Assembly: GCA_963816145.1 (NCBI GenBank)
Contig: CAWFJP010000003.1
Coordinates: 352,001 to 416,000 of the forward strand
Direction: 5' to 3'
DNA from: an uncultured delta proteobacterium
GTDB taxonomy: Bacteria > Desulfobacterota > Binatia > UBA9968
Length of the DNA stretch: 64,000 nt
Part shown: in pieces, positions 29,819 to 39,637 of the stretch
How positions within the stretch are numbered: the stretch's first letter is position 1
Layout of the letters: every line of letters starts with the position of its first letter
The notes under the pieces: generated by a model
The model's database searches: none
The model's input: only the letters and a program-made list of their open reading frames with translations
Told to the model about the DNA's origin: nothing
Made by a program: the position numbers and the translations under genes

Positions 29819-32065
29819 TTAATCACGCTTCCGCAACGCCCAGTAAATTTTCTCCGCCGACAACGGCAGATCGAAGAGCCGCACGCCACAGGCATCGGCG
29901 ATGGCATTGGCAATGGCCGCGGCCGTCGGCACGTTGGGGTTTTCCGCGATTGCCTTGCCGCCGTAGGGAGTCGGTCCGGTTGGACTCTCGACCAAAACCG
30001 TCTTTAAAGGCGGCACATCGGCGATGCACGGCAGCTTCGCTTCGCCCAAACTGAGCGTGGCGATCTTGCCGTCGACAAGCGGATTCTCTTCCATAGTCGC
30101 AAAACCGAATCCGGTAACGATACCGCCTTCGATCTGCCCGGTTAGCGTCAGATGATTGAGCACCGTGCCGGTGTCGTGCGCCGTGGTCAGATTCAAAACC
30201 TTGACGCCGCCGGTATTTGGATCGACCTCGACCTCGGCCACCTGGGCGGCGAAACCGGTCACTTTAGGCATATCCTTGGGCACGTAATTGGTCAGGTGAA
30301 AAACCGGCCCACCGTTTTCTTTGACCGCCAGGGCGATCATCTTTTCAGTAGTTGTGAACTTCTTGTTGGGCGCGGTGAATTTGCCGCCCTGCTGTTCGAT
30401 CTCTGCGGGCTGGCAACCCAACTCGCGCGCCGCCAACGCGATCAACTTGGCGCGCACTTCTTGGGCCGACTGATTAACCGCGTGGCCGGAGGTGTTGGTT
30501 TGTTTGCTACCACCAGTGCCGGGATCGAAGGGCAAGCTGTCGGTGTCTTTGAACACCACTCCGACTTTTTCCGGCGGCAGGCCGAGCGCCTCACAAACCA
30601 TCTGCTGGCTGACCGTGTAATATCCCGGCCCGACGTCCGGCACGCCGGTGAGAATATTCACCTTGCCGTCAGCCTCCAAGGTCAATGCCGAACTCGCTTT
30701 GCCTTCCGGCGTGCCGCGATCGTAGAGCGCCATGCCCCAGCCGCGATTCTTTTTGGCCCCACCCTTTTTCCAACCGGAAGTTTTGACGATGCGCTCCAAC
30801 ACTTCGCCCATCAGAATATGGCTCCATTTTTCACCCATGGGATTGGCGTCGCCGTCGTGCAAAATATTCCTGCGCCGCAGCTCCAGCGCTTCGATGCCCA
30901 TCTCCTTGGCGATGATGTCCAGCTGCGATTCGAAGGCGAACGCGACCTGCGGACTGCCCGGCGTGCGCGTCTGCGTGCAGGGCACTTGATTGGTGTAGGA
31001 ACAAAAAGTCTGCACGTCGATGGCCGGGCAGCGGTACATGCTCGCCAAGCGCCGCCCACCGAGCACAGTCACTTGCGGATTGGCCTTTTGCGAACCATAG
31101 GCCCCGCCACTGAAGTAAATATCGCCTTTGACGGCGACTAGTGTGCCGTCGGCGGCGACACCGGTTTTTAAAGTGATCACCGACGGATGGCGATGGCCGC
31201 CGACCAAGATTTCCTCGCTGTAATCGAACACCAACTTCACCGGTTTGCCGCCGGCAGCTTTCGATAGGTAGTAGGCGATCGGCACGTCGATCAACGACGC
31301 CTTGGCGCCGAAGTCGCCGCCGACATGAACGATATGAACCTTGATCTTCTCTTGAGGCACGCCGAAGTCTTCCGCCATCTGTTCGCGCAACCCCCAGGGC
31401 CCCTTGTTCGACGCCCAGACTTCAACCCGGCCATCGTCATGCACCTGCACCGTGCAAGCGCAGGGCTCGATGTAGCCGTGGTGCGACAACGGCGTGCGAA
31501 AGGTGTGTTCGAAGACGCGTGCAGATTTGGCAAAGCCGGCTTCCATATCGCCGTTTTTCCAGCGCACGTAGGATTGCAGGTTATGGCCGGACATCCCTTC
31601 CGGCAGTTTCGGTGCGTTCTTGTATTTGGTGCGATCCTCATGTATCAACGGCGCGCTCGGCTTGAGCGCTTCCACCGGATCGTCGACATAGGGCAGCTCT
31701 TCGTATTCGAAGTCGATCAAGCCCACCGCTTCGTCGGCGATCGCCTCACTGTCCGCGGCCACCGCGGCGATCGCGTCCCCTGCCATGCGCACTTTGTCGT
31801 AGGCCAACACCGGCTGATCTTTCACCCGGGTGCCAACGAAAATATCTTTTACATCGGCTCCAATCAGCACGGCGCGCACGCCTTTCAACGCCCGCGCTTT
31901 GGTGGTGTCGACTTTGACGATGCGTGCGTGGGCCACCGAAGCACGCAAGACCTTCGCCCACAACAATCCTTCAAACGGCAAATCCGCCGCATATTTCGTC
32001 TGCCCGGTTACTTTGCCGTACCCTTCGATGCGGGGCAGCGTTTTACCAATGGTGCGATAAGCCAC
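29819..32065 (-). CDS. Xanthine dehydrogenase family molybdopterin-binding large subunit (no adjacent M/S subunits)
   Basis: GKVTGQTKYAAD, HGYIEP, GGDFGAK, GQIEGG, GGKAIAE; GTG start with GGAGG RBS. Confidence 0.9.
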   Translation of the reverse strand: MAYRTIGKTLPRIEGYGKVTGQTKYAADLPFEGLLWAKVLRASVAHARIVKVDTTKARALKGVRAVLIGADVKDIFVGTRVKDQPVLAYDKVRMAGDAIAAVAADSEAIADEAVGLIDFEYEELPYVDDPVEALKPSAPLIHEDRTKYKNAPKLPEGMSGHNLQSYVRWKNGDMEAGFAKSARVFEHTFRTPLSHHGYIEPCACTVQVHDDGRVEVWASNKGPWGLREQMAEDFGVPQEKIKVHIVHVGGDFGAKASLIDVPIAYYLSKAAGGKPVKLVFDYSEEILVGGHRHPSVITLKTGVAADGTLVAVKGDIYFSGGAYGSQKANPQVTVLGGRRLASMYRCPAIDVQTFCSYTNQVPCTQTRTPGSPQVAFAFESQLDIIAKEMGIEALELRRRNILHDGDANPMGEKWSHILMGEVLERIVKTSGWKKGGAKKNRGWGMALYDRGTPEGKASSALTLEADGKVNILTGVPDVGPGYYTVSQQMVCEALGLPPEKVGVVFKDTDSLPFDPGTGGSKQTNTSGHAVNQSAQEVRAKLIALAARELGCQPAEIEQQGGKFTAPNKKFTTTEKMIALAVKENGGPVFHLTNYVPKDMPKVTGFAAQVAEVEVDPNTGGVKVLNLTTAHDTGTVLNHLTLTGQIEGGIVTGFGFATMEENPLVDGKIATLSLGEAKLPCIADVPPLKTVLVESPTGPTPYGGKAIAENPNVPTAAAIANAIADACGVRLFDLPLSAEKIYWALRKRD

Positions 32066-32083
32066 GATGACCTCCCAATACAA

Positions 32084-32217
32084 TTTTGGATTTTAGATTG
32101 CCGATTTTGGATTGCCGAAACAAGAATCGGAGACTTACTTCGAAGAAATTACTGTCATACGTCTTTTCCCGATCTGAAATTCTTACTAATGCCTATTGCC
32201 TCGTGCCTCTCGCCTAC
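32084..32217. repeat. Two unpaired heptamer-repeat arms (TTTTGGA/TTTTAGA type; GCCTATT/GCCTCGT/GCCTCTC type)
   Basis: Tandem 7-nt units with no local inverted partner. Confidence 0.6.
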
Positions 32218-33203
32218 TTAATCACATTATTCGCCCGCGAGAGAAACTCCGGCGAAAATGTGAGTCCGATCTGTTTTGCTGCCTTCAAGTTGATCACAAA
32301 CTCAAACTTCGTTGCCTGTTGCACCGGCAGATCGGCGGGTTTAGTGCCCTTCAGAATCTTGTCCACGTAGCCAGCCGCACGCCGAAAGAGGTCATCAAAG
32401 TCCACACCATAAGACATGAGACCACCCTCGTCGACAAACTCCTTCTGGAAGTAAATAGCCGGCAAACGGTACTTGCCGGCAAGCTCGACGATCCGCTTTC
32501 TTTCGGCAAGAAATGGGCGAGTGGCGGTCGTTATAATCGCTTTGACCTGTTTCTCATTTGCGATTTTAAACGCGCTCTCCAAAGCTTGGGCATCGGATTG
32601 CGTGTCGATTTCTACCAATTTTACCTTCAGTGCCACAGCCGCAGGCCTGACTTCTTGCAGTTGAACATCTTGCGCAATGAAAGCTCCCGTCAACCAGATA
32701 AGGCCAAGATGAGTGAGCTTCGGGATCGCATCTTTGATTATTTCCAGTCGTTTGGTAATTAGCTCGGCCCCTAGACCCGAGAACCCTGTAAGATTGCCTC
32801 CTGGCCGCGCCAGACTCGCTACCAAACCCTCGCGCACCGGATCGACCGCGGTCGTCATAACGATGGGAATGGTAGTCGTTGATCCTTTTGCCATCAACGC
32901 CGAGGGTCCCGCTGTAACCACAATCAGATCAACCTTAAGGCGAATCAGTTCCGCTATAAGCTCAGGCAGGCGCTCGTTTTTCCCCTCTCCAAAGCGGTAG
33001 TCGATGGTGATATTTTTTCCTTCTACCCAGCCATGCTTGCTCAATTCCTGGCGGAAGGCACTCACGAGGCCGGCCAGACCCGAAGCAGTGCCCCCATCAA
33101 GGAAACCGATCCGAAATATTTTTCCCGCCTGCTGCGCGTGAACCGCTCCGCAAACCGCAAAGCTCAAAGCGTAAAAAACAACAGCCATGATTTTTCTGTT
33201 CAT
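32214..33203 (-). CDS. ABC transporter substrate-binding protein (ABC_sub_bind family)
   Basis: GWVEGKNITIDYR, LVASLARPGGNLTG, GGLMSYG, KPADLPVQQATKFEFVINLKAAKQIG. Confidence 0.92.
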   Translation of the reverse strand: MNRKIMAVVFYALSFAVCGAVHAQQAGKIFRIGFLDGGTASGLAGLVSAFRQELSKHGWVEGKNITIDYRFGEGKNERLPELIAELIRLKVDLIVVTAGPSALMAKGSTTTIPIVMTTAVDPVREGLVASLARPGGNLTGFSGLGAELITKRLEIIKDAIPKLTHLGLIWLTGAFIAQDVQLQEVRPAAVALKVKLVEIDTQSDAQALESAFKIANEKQVKAIITTATRPFLAERKRIVELAGKYRLPAIYFQKEFVDEGGLMSYGVDFDDLFRRAAGYVDKILKGTKPADLPVQQATKFEFVINLKAAKQIGLTFSPEFLSRANNVIK

Positions 33204-33229
33204 GATGTTTTTCCAACTAAATCGCTCTG

Positions 33230-33508
33230 TCACTGGGGTTTGACTTTTCTCAGTGCCTTACTGAGCTCGATGGCGGCGCGCTCATAGATGTCGACGCGGG
33301 GTCCGAGAGCGACGATCTGTACCATGGAACCGACAATCCGGTAAATGACACGGGGTCTGCCAATCCGGTAGCTTCGCAAGCCCGCCAATTCATCCCGCAA
33401 CCCCTTGGCATGATACGGATCGTCAGCAATCGATCGAAAGCCGATTTTGACTTAGGATTTCAGCTCCGGCGGAAGCTGGCGGATAAGACTCCGCACCGCC
33501 TGCGGCAT
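33230..33508 (-). pseudogene. RelE/ParE-family toxin with premature TAA
   Basis: Manual translation MPQAVRSLIRQLPPELKS*VKIGFRSIADDPYHAKGLRDELAGLRSYRIGRPRVIYRI...IVALGPRVDIYE; stop at 33452-33454. Confidence 0.82.
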
Positions 33509-33523
33509 CTCGATGCGATCGGA

Positions 33524-33811
33524 TCATTTCGCATGCTTACTCGGTCTCAAGGGCTCGCCAAACACTTCTTCAAACGTAAACCGCCGGCCTTTTTCGAGCT
33601 GCCGCAGACCTTGCCTAATTTCCTTCATCAATGAGCGGTTGCGCATGATTTCCCGGCTTTCGCGCCAACCCTCATATTCGTCAGCGCTCATCAGCACAGC
33701 AGCCGGACGGCCGTTTCGGGTAATGACAAGTTCTTCTTCGTCGCTCTCGCAATCGGCGACTAACTGACTCAGATGGGCGTTGGCTTCCGACAAGCTTAGA
33801 ACACGTGCCAT
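33524..33811 (-). CDS. Phd/YefM family antitoxin
   Basis: LSLSEANAHLSQLV, VITRNGRPAAVLMSADEYE. Confidence 0.92.
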   Translation of the reverse strand: MARVLSLSEANAHLSQLVADCESDEEELVITRNGRPAAVLMSADEYEGWRESREIMRNRSLMKEIRQGLRQLEKGRRFTFEEVFGEPLRPSKHAK

Positions 33812-33824
33812 AAAATCTCCTCAC

Positions 33825-33869
33825 ATTCGGACTAGAATTCAGACTAAGGCGGTCCGCCGAGGATGTCAA
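33825..33869 (-). promoter_or_regulatory. TA promoter with probable operator repeats
   Basis: TTGACA-N17-TAGTCT; direct repeats TAGTCTGAAT / TAGTCCGAAT overlapping the -10. Confidence 0.6.
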
Positions 33870-33886
33870 ATTAACACCGTAACTGT

Positions 33887-34996
33887 CTATGACAATGCGT
33901 AAAGCTCAGCGCAATTATCCCAGAGAATTTTCTTCTGGCTTTCTTTCGAGACATTTTTCATTTTGACGAATTCTTCCACGCCCTCGGGAAAATCCGAATC
34001 GCCATGGGGATAATCGGTCGAAAACACGATACGGTCGTCGCCGATCAGGTCGATGATCATCGGCAATTCCTTTTCGTGCTCGGTGGAAATCCAGCATTGC
34101 CGTTTGAAATACTCGCTCGGTTTCAATTTCCCGGCGGTCGGGAATCGCCCCTTCGCCATGGCGTTGTCCATGCGATGCAGCAGGAACGACACCCAGCCGC
34201 AGTAGCATTCGAGAAAAGCCAGCTTCAACTTGGGATGACGATCGCAGACGCCGCCGCCGATGGTATCGACCATGGCGACCATGTTTTCCAACGGGTGCGA
34301 CACGATATGACGCAGCAAAAGATTATCGCCGAAGCGATCGCCGATCTGCGCCACTTCGCCGGCGGCTGTGGCGGAATGAAAACCGATCGGCACGCCCAAC
34401 TCTTCCAGGCATGACCAGACCGTATCGAAGTAGCGCGAGTGCCAGGGCAGATCGTGCAACGGCTCAGGGCGCGCGAAGACGCCGACAAAGCCAAGTTTGC
34501 CGACCGCGCGCTGAGCTTCCTTTGCCGCTTCGTTGGGATCTTGCAGCGGCAGCATGGCGACGCCCTTCAAGCGCTTGGGATCAATCTGGCAAAAATCGTA
34601 AAGCCAATTGTTGTATGCGCGCGCGATGGCGGCGGCCAGCTTAGGGTCCATCTCGCTGCGCATCATGATACCGAGGCCGATGGACGGATAGAGCGCCGCA
34701 ACGTCCAACCCTTCACGGTCCATCGCTTTAAGTTGCGTCCTGGCGTCGAATCCCTGAGCACGGTATTCGGCGATTTCCTTGTCGATCCTTGTGGCGTCGT
34801 AGATGCCGCCGCGATATGCCGGCTTATAACCCTGCAGTATCTTGCCCTCGATCATCACCATCGCCGAGCTGCGCGCCGTCGAGCTCAAAATCTTCGGCGC
34901 CCGTTCGCGCCATTCCGGCTCCATGTACTTGTCCCATAAATCGGCAGGCTCACGCAGATGCATATCGGAATCGAGGATCTTGAAACCGTCTCTCAT
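33887..34996 (-). CDS. Amidohydrolase_2 family protein
   Basis: DSDMHLREP, YPSIGL, AYNNWL, PIGFH, FLECYCGW, FSTDYPH. Confidence 0.9.
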   Translation of the reverse strand: MRDGFKILDSDMHLREPADLWDKYMEPEWRERAPKILSSTARSSAMVMIEGKILQGYKPAYRGGIYDATRIDKEIAEYRAQGFDARTQLKAMDREGLDVAALYPSIGLGIMMRSEMDPKLAAAIARAYNNWLYDFCQIDPKRLKGVAMLPLQDPNEAAKEAQRAVGKLGFVGVFARPEPLHDLPWHSRYFDTVWSCLEELGVPIGFHSATAAGEVAQIGDRFGDNLLLRHIVSHPLENMVAMVDTIGGGVCDRHPKLKLAFLECYCGWVSFLLHRMDNAMAKGRFPTAGKLKPSEYFKRQCWISTEHEKELPMIIDLIGDDRIVFSTDYPHGDSDFPEGVEEFVKMKNVSKESQKKILWDNCAELYALS

Positions 34997-35025
34997 TGAT
35001 AACACTCCCGTTTTTTTGATTCAGG

Positions 35026-35054
35026 AGTATCACGATACCGCGGCGGGATGTCAA
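35026..35054 (-). promoter_or_regulatory. Putative sigma70 promoter
   Basis: TTGACA-N17-GATACT. Confidence 0.5.
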
Positions 35055-35084
35055 CACAACCACCGGACGCCGGGCTTGGATATT

Positions 35085-35256
35085 TCCCGCAAAGACGCGA
35101 AGTAAAAAATTAAGATGCAGAAATAACAGTCGAGAGACTTAATCGAACAGAAACAAAATTAGTAATGGCGCAGAGAAAACTCGGATCAGCTCACGCAACG
35201 GCACAAAGGTAATAAATACAATTACGAACTTGGCGTCTTTGCGCCTTTGCGGGAGA
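35085..35256. repeat. 9-mer palindrome (CCCGCAAAGACGCGAAG / CTTGGCGTCTTTGCGCCTTTGCGGGAG)
   Basis: Same family as 62865-63006 and the arm at 49198-49216. Confidence 0.7.
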
Positions 35257-35283
35257 ATTGCCCTCCGGACGATTAGCTTGCGC

Positions 35284-36216
35284 TTACATCAGCTCACGGA
35301 TCAACGATTGCGCCACATCAGGCGCGATCCCGAGCCGCCGCCGCGCCAGCGGGCCGCCCTCGTCGAGCACCGGCTCGAGCTGATCCAGGGCGGGCAGGTC
35401 ATCCCGCTTCCAAAACAATCCGATGGCGATCTCATCGCCCCATTCGTAGCCATACTTCATGGCGGCGGCGAAGTCGGTCGGATCATGCTTCTTGTCTTCC
35501 AACTTGAACGTCCGCTGTTTGAAGAAGTCATGCGTGTTTTCAAGATTGAAGGTCACGCAGGGACTGAAGGCGTCGATTAGCGCAAAGCCGCGGTGCTGAA
35601 TGCCGCCCTTGATGAGCTCGACCAAATGCTTCACCTGCCCGGTATAGCCGCGCGCCACATAGGTCGCGCCTGCGGCGATCGCCAGCGGGATCGGATTGAT
35701 CGGATTTTCCACGCTGCCGGCCGGCGTGCTCTTGGTTTTCATGCCCTTGGCGCTGGTCGGCGAAAGCTGGCCGGTGGTGAGGCCGTAAATCTGATTGTTC
35801 ATCACAATGTAAGTCAGGTCGACGTTGCGCCGCATCGAGTGGACGAAATGATTGCCACCGATGCCGTACCCGTCGCCGTCGCCGCCGGTGACAATGATCT
35901 TCAGCTCATGGTTGGCCATCTGCGCGCCGGTGGCCACCGACAGCGCGCGGCCGTGCAGTGTGTGCATGCCGTAGGTGCTGATGTAGCCGGGCAGGTTCGA
36001 CGAGCAGCCGATGCCGCTGATGACCATCGCTTGGTGCGGCGGCACGCCGAGTTCCACCAGCGCCTGTTTGATGGCGGTGAGGACGCCAAAATCGCCGCAG
36101 CCTGGGCACCAGTCCGGTTCGGCCTTGCCTTTGAAATCCTTGACCGTCAAGGGCAATTTGGTGCGCGGCGGCACAGAAGATTTAGTTTCAATTTCTCCCG
36201 TAGTCAATGACATCAT
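35284..36216 (-). CDS. korB: 2-oxoacid:ferredoxin oxidoreductase beta subunit
   Basis: WCPGCGD, SGIGCS, HGRAL, GGDGD TPP motif, YGLTTGQ, SPCVTFN; substrate specificity not determinable. Confidence 0.92.
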   Translation of the reverse strand: MMSLTTGEIETKSSVPPRTKLPLTVKDFKGKAEPDWCPGCGDFGVLTAIKQALVELGVPPHQAMVISGIGCSSNLPGYISTYGMHTLHGRALSVATGAQMANHELKIIVTGGDGDGYGIGGNHFVHSMRRNVDLTYIVMNNQIYGLTTGQLSPTSAKGMKTKSTPAGSVENPINPIPLAIAAGATYVARGYTGQVKHLVELIKGGIQHRGFALIDAFSPCVTFNLENTHDFFKQRTFKLEDKKHDPTDFAAAMKYGYEWGDEIAIGLFWKRDDLPALDQLEPVLDEGGPLARRRLGIAPDVAQSLIRELM

Positions 36217-36227
36217 TCGCTCCTTAG

Positions 36228-36288
36228 ATTTCGTTTCGCGTTACGAGATTCACGTTGCGAGTTTAACCCGCAACCCGAAACTCGAAAC
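36228..36288. repeat. Heptamer palindrome between OFOR subunit genes
   Basis: GTTTCGC GTTACGA...GTTGCGA / AACCCGC AACCCGA AACTCGA AAC. Confidence 0.55.
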
Positions 36289-36293
36289 ATTGT

Positions 36294-38081
36294 TTAGACC
36301 ATTATTTCATGAACCGGCACATATTGCTTTTTGCCGGTCAAAATCGCCTTCACGCCGTCGACGATATGATGCGGCATGAACGGCTCGCCGTCATACTTGC
36401 GAATATGACCGTCGGCGACGATACCGGTCTCCGACCGCAGATAACGCGCGAACTGGCCGCTGTAATTGTTTTCGACGATGATGGTTTTACGACTCTTTAC
36501 CAAAGTCGAAACGATCGCTTCACCATGCAGCGGCACGAGCCATTTGATCTGCAGCTGATTGGCCGCGATGCCTTCCTCGTCCGCCAGCTTCTGTATCGCT
36601 TCTTGGACCACCCCTTCAGTGGATCCCCAGCCGACCAGCGTTACTTGAGCGTCACCGGCACCCCAGAGTTTGGGCGCATCGAGTAACGGCAAAATAGCTT
36701 CCATCTTGCGCATACGTTTCTCATGCATCGCCTGGCGTTTATGCGGATTGGTATATTCATCACTGATCAACACGCCGTCCTCGTCATGGTCGTCGGTGGC
36801 GACCACATGTTCGTAACCGAGTGTGCCAGGTAACGCGCGCGGCGAGACGCCGCTGTCGTTGATCTCGTAGCGTTTGTAGCCGCCGTTGAGCGGCGGCGTG
36901 GCGCCGTTCAAACCAATCACCTCACCGCGTTCGATGGGAACCTTGAAGTCCAGCTCCGCCGGATCGACGCTCGATCGTCCTTCGGACAGCAACAAATCTG
37001 AAAGGATGATGCCAGGGCACTGAAACTTGTCGACTAAATTAAAAAGTTTCGGCACGGTCTTGAAACAATCCGGGATCGTCGTTGGCGCGACAATGATACG
37101 GGGATAGTCACCCTGTCCCGCGCCCATCGCTTGCCACAAATCGCCCTGCTCGGTTTTCGTCGGCACACCGGTGGCCGGCCCAGCGCGCTGGACATTGATG
37201 CAGACCACGGGGATTTCCATCATCGCCGCGGCGCCCAGTCCCTCGGTCATCAACGCGAAACCGCCGCCGGAAGTCGCGCACATGGCGCGGCAACCGGCGT
37301 GGGCCGCGCCGATCGCCATATTGATAACACCGATCTCGTCTTCCACTTGGCGCACCATGATATCCAACTGGCGCGCGTGGCGCGCCATCCAGTGGAGCAC
37401 GCCGGAGGAGGGGCTCATCGGGTAGGCGCAATAAAATCGCACTCCAGCCGCTGCGCCGCCCATCGCCAACGCTTGATTGCCTTCGAAAAACGCCAGTTTC
37501 TTCCCGGTATCTGGCAGCGTGATCGGAAGCGCTTTGAGCTGCGAGGCGGCATAATCATAACCGGCCCGGGCGACGCCGACATTTTCCTTGACCACCGCAT
37601 CGCCTTTCCGTTTGAACTGCAAAGTGAGTATGTCTTCGAGAATTTTGAAGTCGACGCCGATCAGCCGCAACACCGCGGCCAAGGCAATCGTGTTCTGCAC
37701 TAAGTCGCCTCTGACGGATGGCGCCAATTCCTTCACCGAGAAACCACAGAGCTGGACGCCGGTCGCGGCGCCGTCAGGCTTAATCTTGTCCTTATTGAAA
37801 AGTATGGAGGATCCCGGCTTCATCAAGTTTAGATGACGATTCATGGTATCTTGATTGAGCGCGATCAAGACATCGAGGCTGTCACCGAAACTCAGCACCG
37901 GCGCTTCGCTCGTGCGCAGGGTCAAAAAAATGTGACCACCGCGCACGATCGACTGATAGGCGTTATAGGCGTTTAGATGCAGCCCGCGGCGCACGAAGAT
38001 GCGCGCTAGGATATCGCCCGGCGTGGCGATGCCCTGGCCGGCTGCGCCGCCGATTGCGATTGAAAGATCCACTTTCGCCAT
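36294..38081 (-). CDS. korA: 2-oxoacid:acceptor oxidoreductase alpha subunit (gamma-alpha fusion)
   Basis: GGAAGQGI, YPMSPSS, QVEDEI, ATSGGGF, QRAGPATGVPTKTEQGD. Confidence 0.92.
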   Translation of the reverse strand: MAKVDLSIAIGGAAGQGIATPGDILARIFVRRGLHLNAYNAYQSIVRGGHIFLTLRTSEAPVLSFGDSLDVLIALNQDTMNRHLNLMKPGSSILFNKDKIKPDGAATGVQLCGFSVKELAPSVRGDLVQNTIALAAVLRLIGVDFKILEDILTLQFKRKGDAVVKENVGVARAGYDYAASQLKALPITLPDTGKKLAFFEGNQALAMGGAAAGVRFYCAYPMSPSSGVLHWMARHARQLDIMVRQVEDEIGVINMAIGAAHAGCRAMCATSGGGFALMTEGLGAAAMMEIPVVCINVQRAGPATGVPTKTEQGDLWQAMGAGQGDYPRIIVAPTTIPDCFKTVPKLFNLVDKFQCPGIILSDLLLSEGRSSVDPAELDFKVPIERGEVIGLNGATPPLNGGYKRYEINDSGVSPRALPGTLGYEHVVATDDHDEDGVLISDEYTNPHKRQAMHEKRMRKMEAILPLLDAPKLWGAGDAQVTLVGWGSTEGVVQEAIQKLADEEGIAANQLQIKWLVPLHGEAIVSTLVKSRKTIIVENNYSGQFARYLRSETGIVADGHIRKYDGEPFMPHHIVDGVKAILTGKKQYVPVHEIMV

Positions 38082-38114
38082 ACCCGATTCCTCCTCTGTC
38101 GTCGCGCCGAGCCG

Positions 38115-38432
38115 CTATTTAGTCGCCGTCACTTCCGCGGTCGGAAGCATGGCCACGATTTTGTTCATTTCACCGGCCGAAAAGGCTCTCAACGTCTGAG
38201 TGCGGATATTACCGAGAGACGCCATGCTCATGGCAAACGCCGTCATCGTCTCATCGTCCGGCGCATCGGCGGTAAAGACGGCGTCAAATGCGCCCATAGT
38301 CCAGTAAATATCTTTGACTTTGATACCGAGATTAGCCGCCGCATTGATTAACCCTTTGGCGCGTTCGGTGGTGTGGCGGATGTGACGGGCGCCTTCTTCG
38401 GTAAAGTTTACCAGCGTGACGTAAGTCGCCAT
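38115..38432 (-). CDS. GYD domain-containing protein
   Basis: MATYVTLVNFTEEG, YWTMGAFD, GNIRTQTLRAF. Confidence 0.85.
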   Translation of the reverse strand: MATYVTLVNFTEEGARHIRHTTERAKGLINAAANLGIKVKDIYWTMGAFDAVFTADAPDDETMTAFAMSMASLGNIRTQTLRAFSAGEMNKIVAMLPTAEVTATK

Positions 38433-38459
38433 GGCACTCTCCAAGTCCGTGGGCCGAAT

Positions 38460-38503
38460 AAAAAAAACCGGCAGCTCCCGCGAAATTCGCAAAAGCAACC
38501 GGC
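38460..38503 (-). terminator. Intrinsic terminator-like hairpin plus U8 tract upstream of the GYD gene
   Basis: CCGGTTGCTTTTGCGAA-T-TTCGCGGGAGCTGCCGG-TTTTTTTT on the minus strand, with G-U pairs. Confidence 0.6.
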
Positions 38504-38819
38504 TTTACCCCACCGAATACACCTCTGAAGATCAAACCGCGCTCCTTGCACTGCTGCTCTGAATCGCGTGATTCTGTCAAAGTTGAGAAAATCTCGTTGC
38601 ACCTAAAACGCTACCAACGCTCACCGCGGCTGTCAAGCAATTCTTTTTCTCCGTGTAAAACATCCCACGGCGAACACATCTTAGCCGCGCAACCAGATCA
38701 TCCGATGCACCATAAAGACTTTCATTGTCCGATAAAATCTGCAGCTATTCGTAGCCCCCAGACACATCGGCGAGCGATCGCCCTTTTTCCAATTCGACGC
38801 CTATGTTAAAAGGCTTCCC

Positions 38820-39353
38820 ATGGCCATTCTTAAAGTCACTCGTTTGGGGCATCCGGTGCTGCGCAAAGTCACCGAGAATATATCCGTCAAAGAACTCAAG
38901 ACGGCGGCGATGCAAAGATTCATCGACGACATGGTCGAGACCATGAAGGAATACGACGGCGTCGGCTTGGCGGCGGATCAGGTATTCACGTCGAAACAAC
39001 TCGCCGTTCTCGAGGTCGCCGACAACCCGCGCTATCCTGATAAGGGCAAAGTCCCGCTGACCGTCTTGGTCAATCCTAAAATCACCCCGCTATCCGATGA
39101 AATGGAAGAAGACTGGGAAGGCTGTCTTAGCATCCCCGACCTGCGCGGCAGCGTGCCGCGTTACAAACGCATCCATGTCAGCGCGCTCGATCGCGACGGC
39201 AGCAAACTCGACTTTACCGCCAAAGATTTCCACGCCCGGGTGATCCAGCATGAGTATGACCACCTGAACGGCAAGGTCTATCTCGACCGCATGCGCGATC
39301 TTTCAACGCTGACGTTTCTGCAAGAATTCTCGCGCTATTGGCTGAACAAGTGA
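38820..39353 (+). CDS. def: Peptide deformylase
   Basis: GVGLAADQ, EGCLS, QHEYDHLNG. Confidence 0.97.
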   Translation: MAILKVTRLGHPVLRKVTENISVKELKTAAMQRFIDDMVETMKEYDGVGLAADQVFTSKQLAVLEVADNPRYPDKGKVPLTVLVNPKITPLSDEMEEDWEGCLSIPDLRGSVPRYKRIHVSALDRDGSKLDFTAKDFHARVIQHEYDHLNGKVYLDRMRDLSTLTFLQEFSRYWLNK

Positions 39354-39417
39354 GCTGCGGAGCCGGCACCAATCACGGCGAAGTTACTCTTCATCCGCGT
39401 CGGACCCGTCTAACTAT

Positions 39418-39564
39418 AACGAGCCGGAGAAAAGGTCAGAGCTCGATGATCTACGATCGAGTGCGCAGCACGGCGGACCATTCGGTAGCGAAGATTGGAT
39501 CATCGACATCGCGAAGCAACTTGGGCTTGAAGCGACAACGCATACCCGCGGTCGGCCGAAGTGA
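39418..39564 (+). pseudogene. C-terminal remnant of a Y1/RAYT-like (IS200-fold) transposase
   Basis: Manual translation NEPEKRSELDDLRSSAQHGGPFGSEDWIIDIAKQLGLEATTHTRGRPK*, resembling RAYT tails (G.PFG...W......LGL.......RGRP). Confidence 0.65.
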
Positions 39565-39637
39565 GACTGCAAAGACTTCGGATCTCCCCTTTTACTCTAG
39601 TGGAGTAACGCACGGTGTCTATTAATTTAACAGTCTG

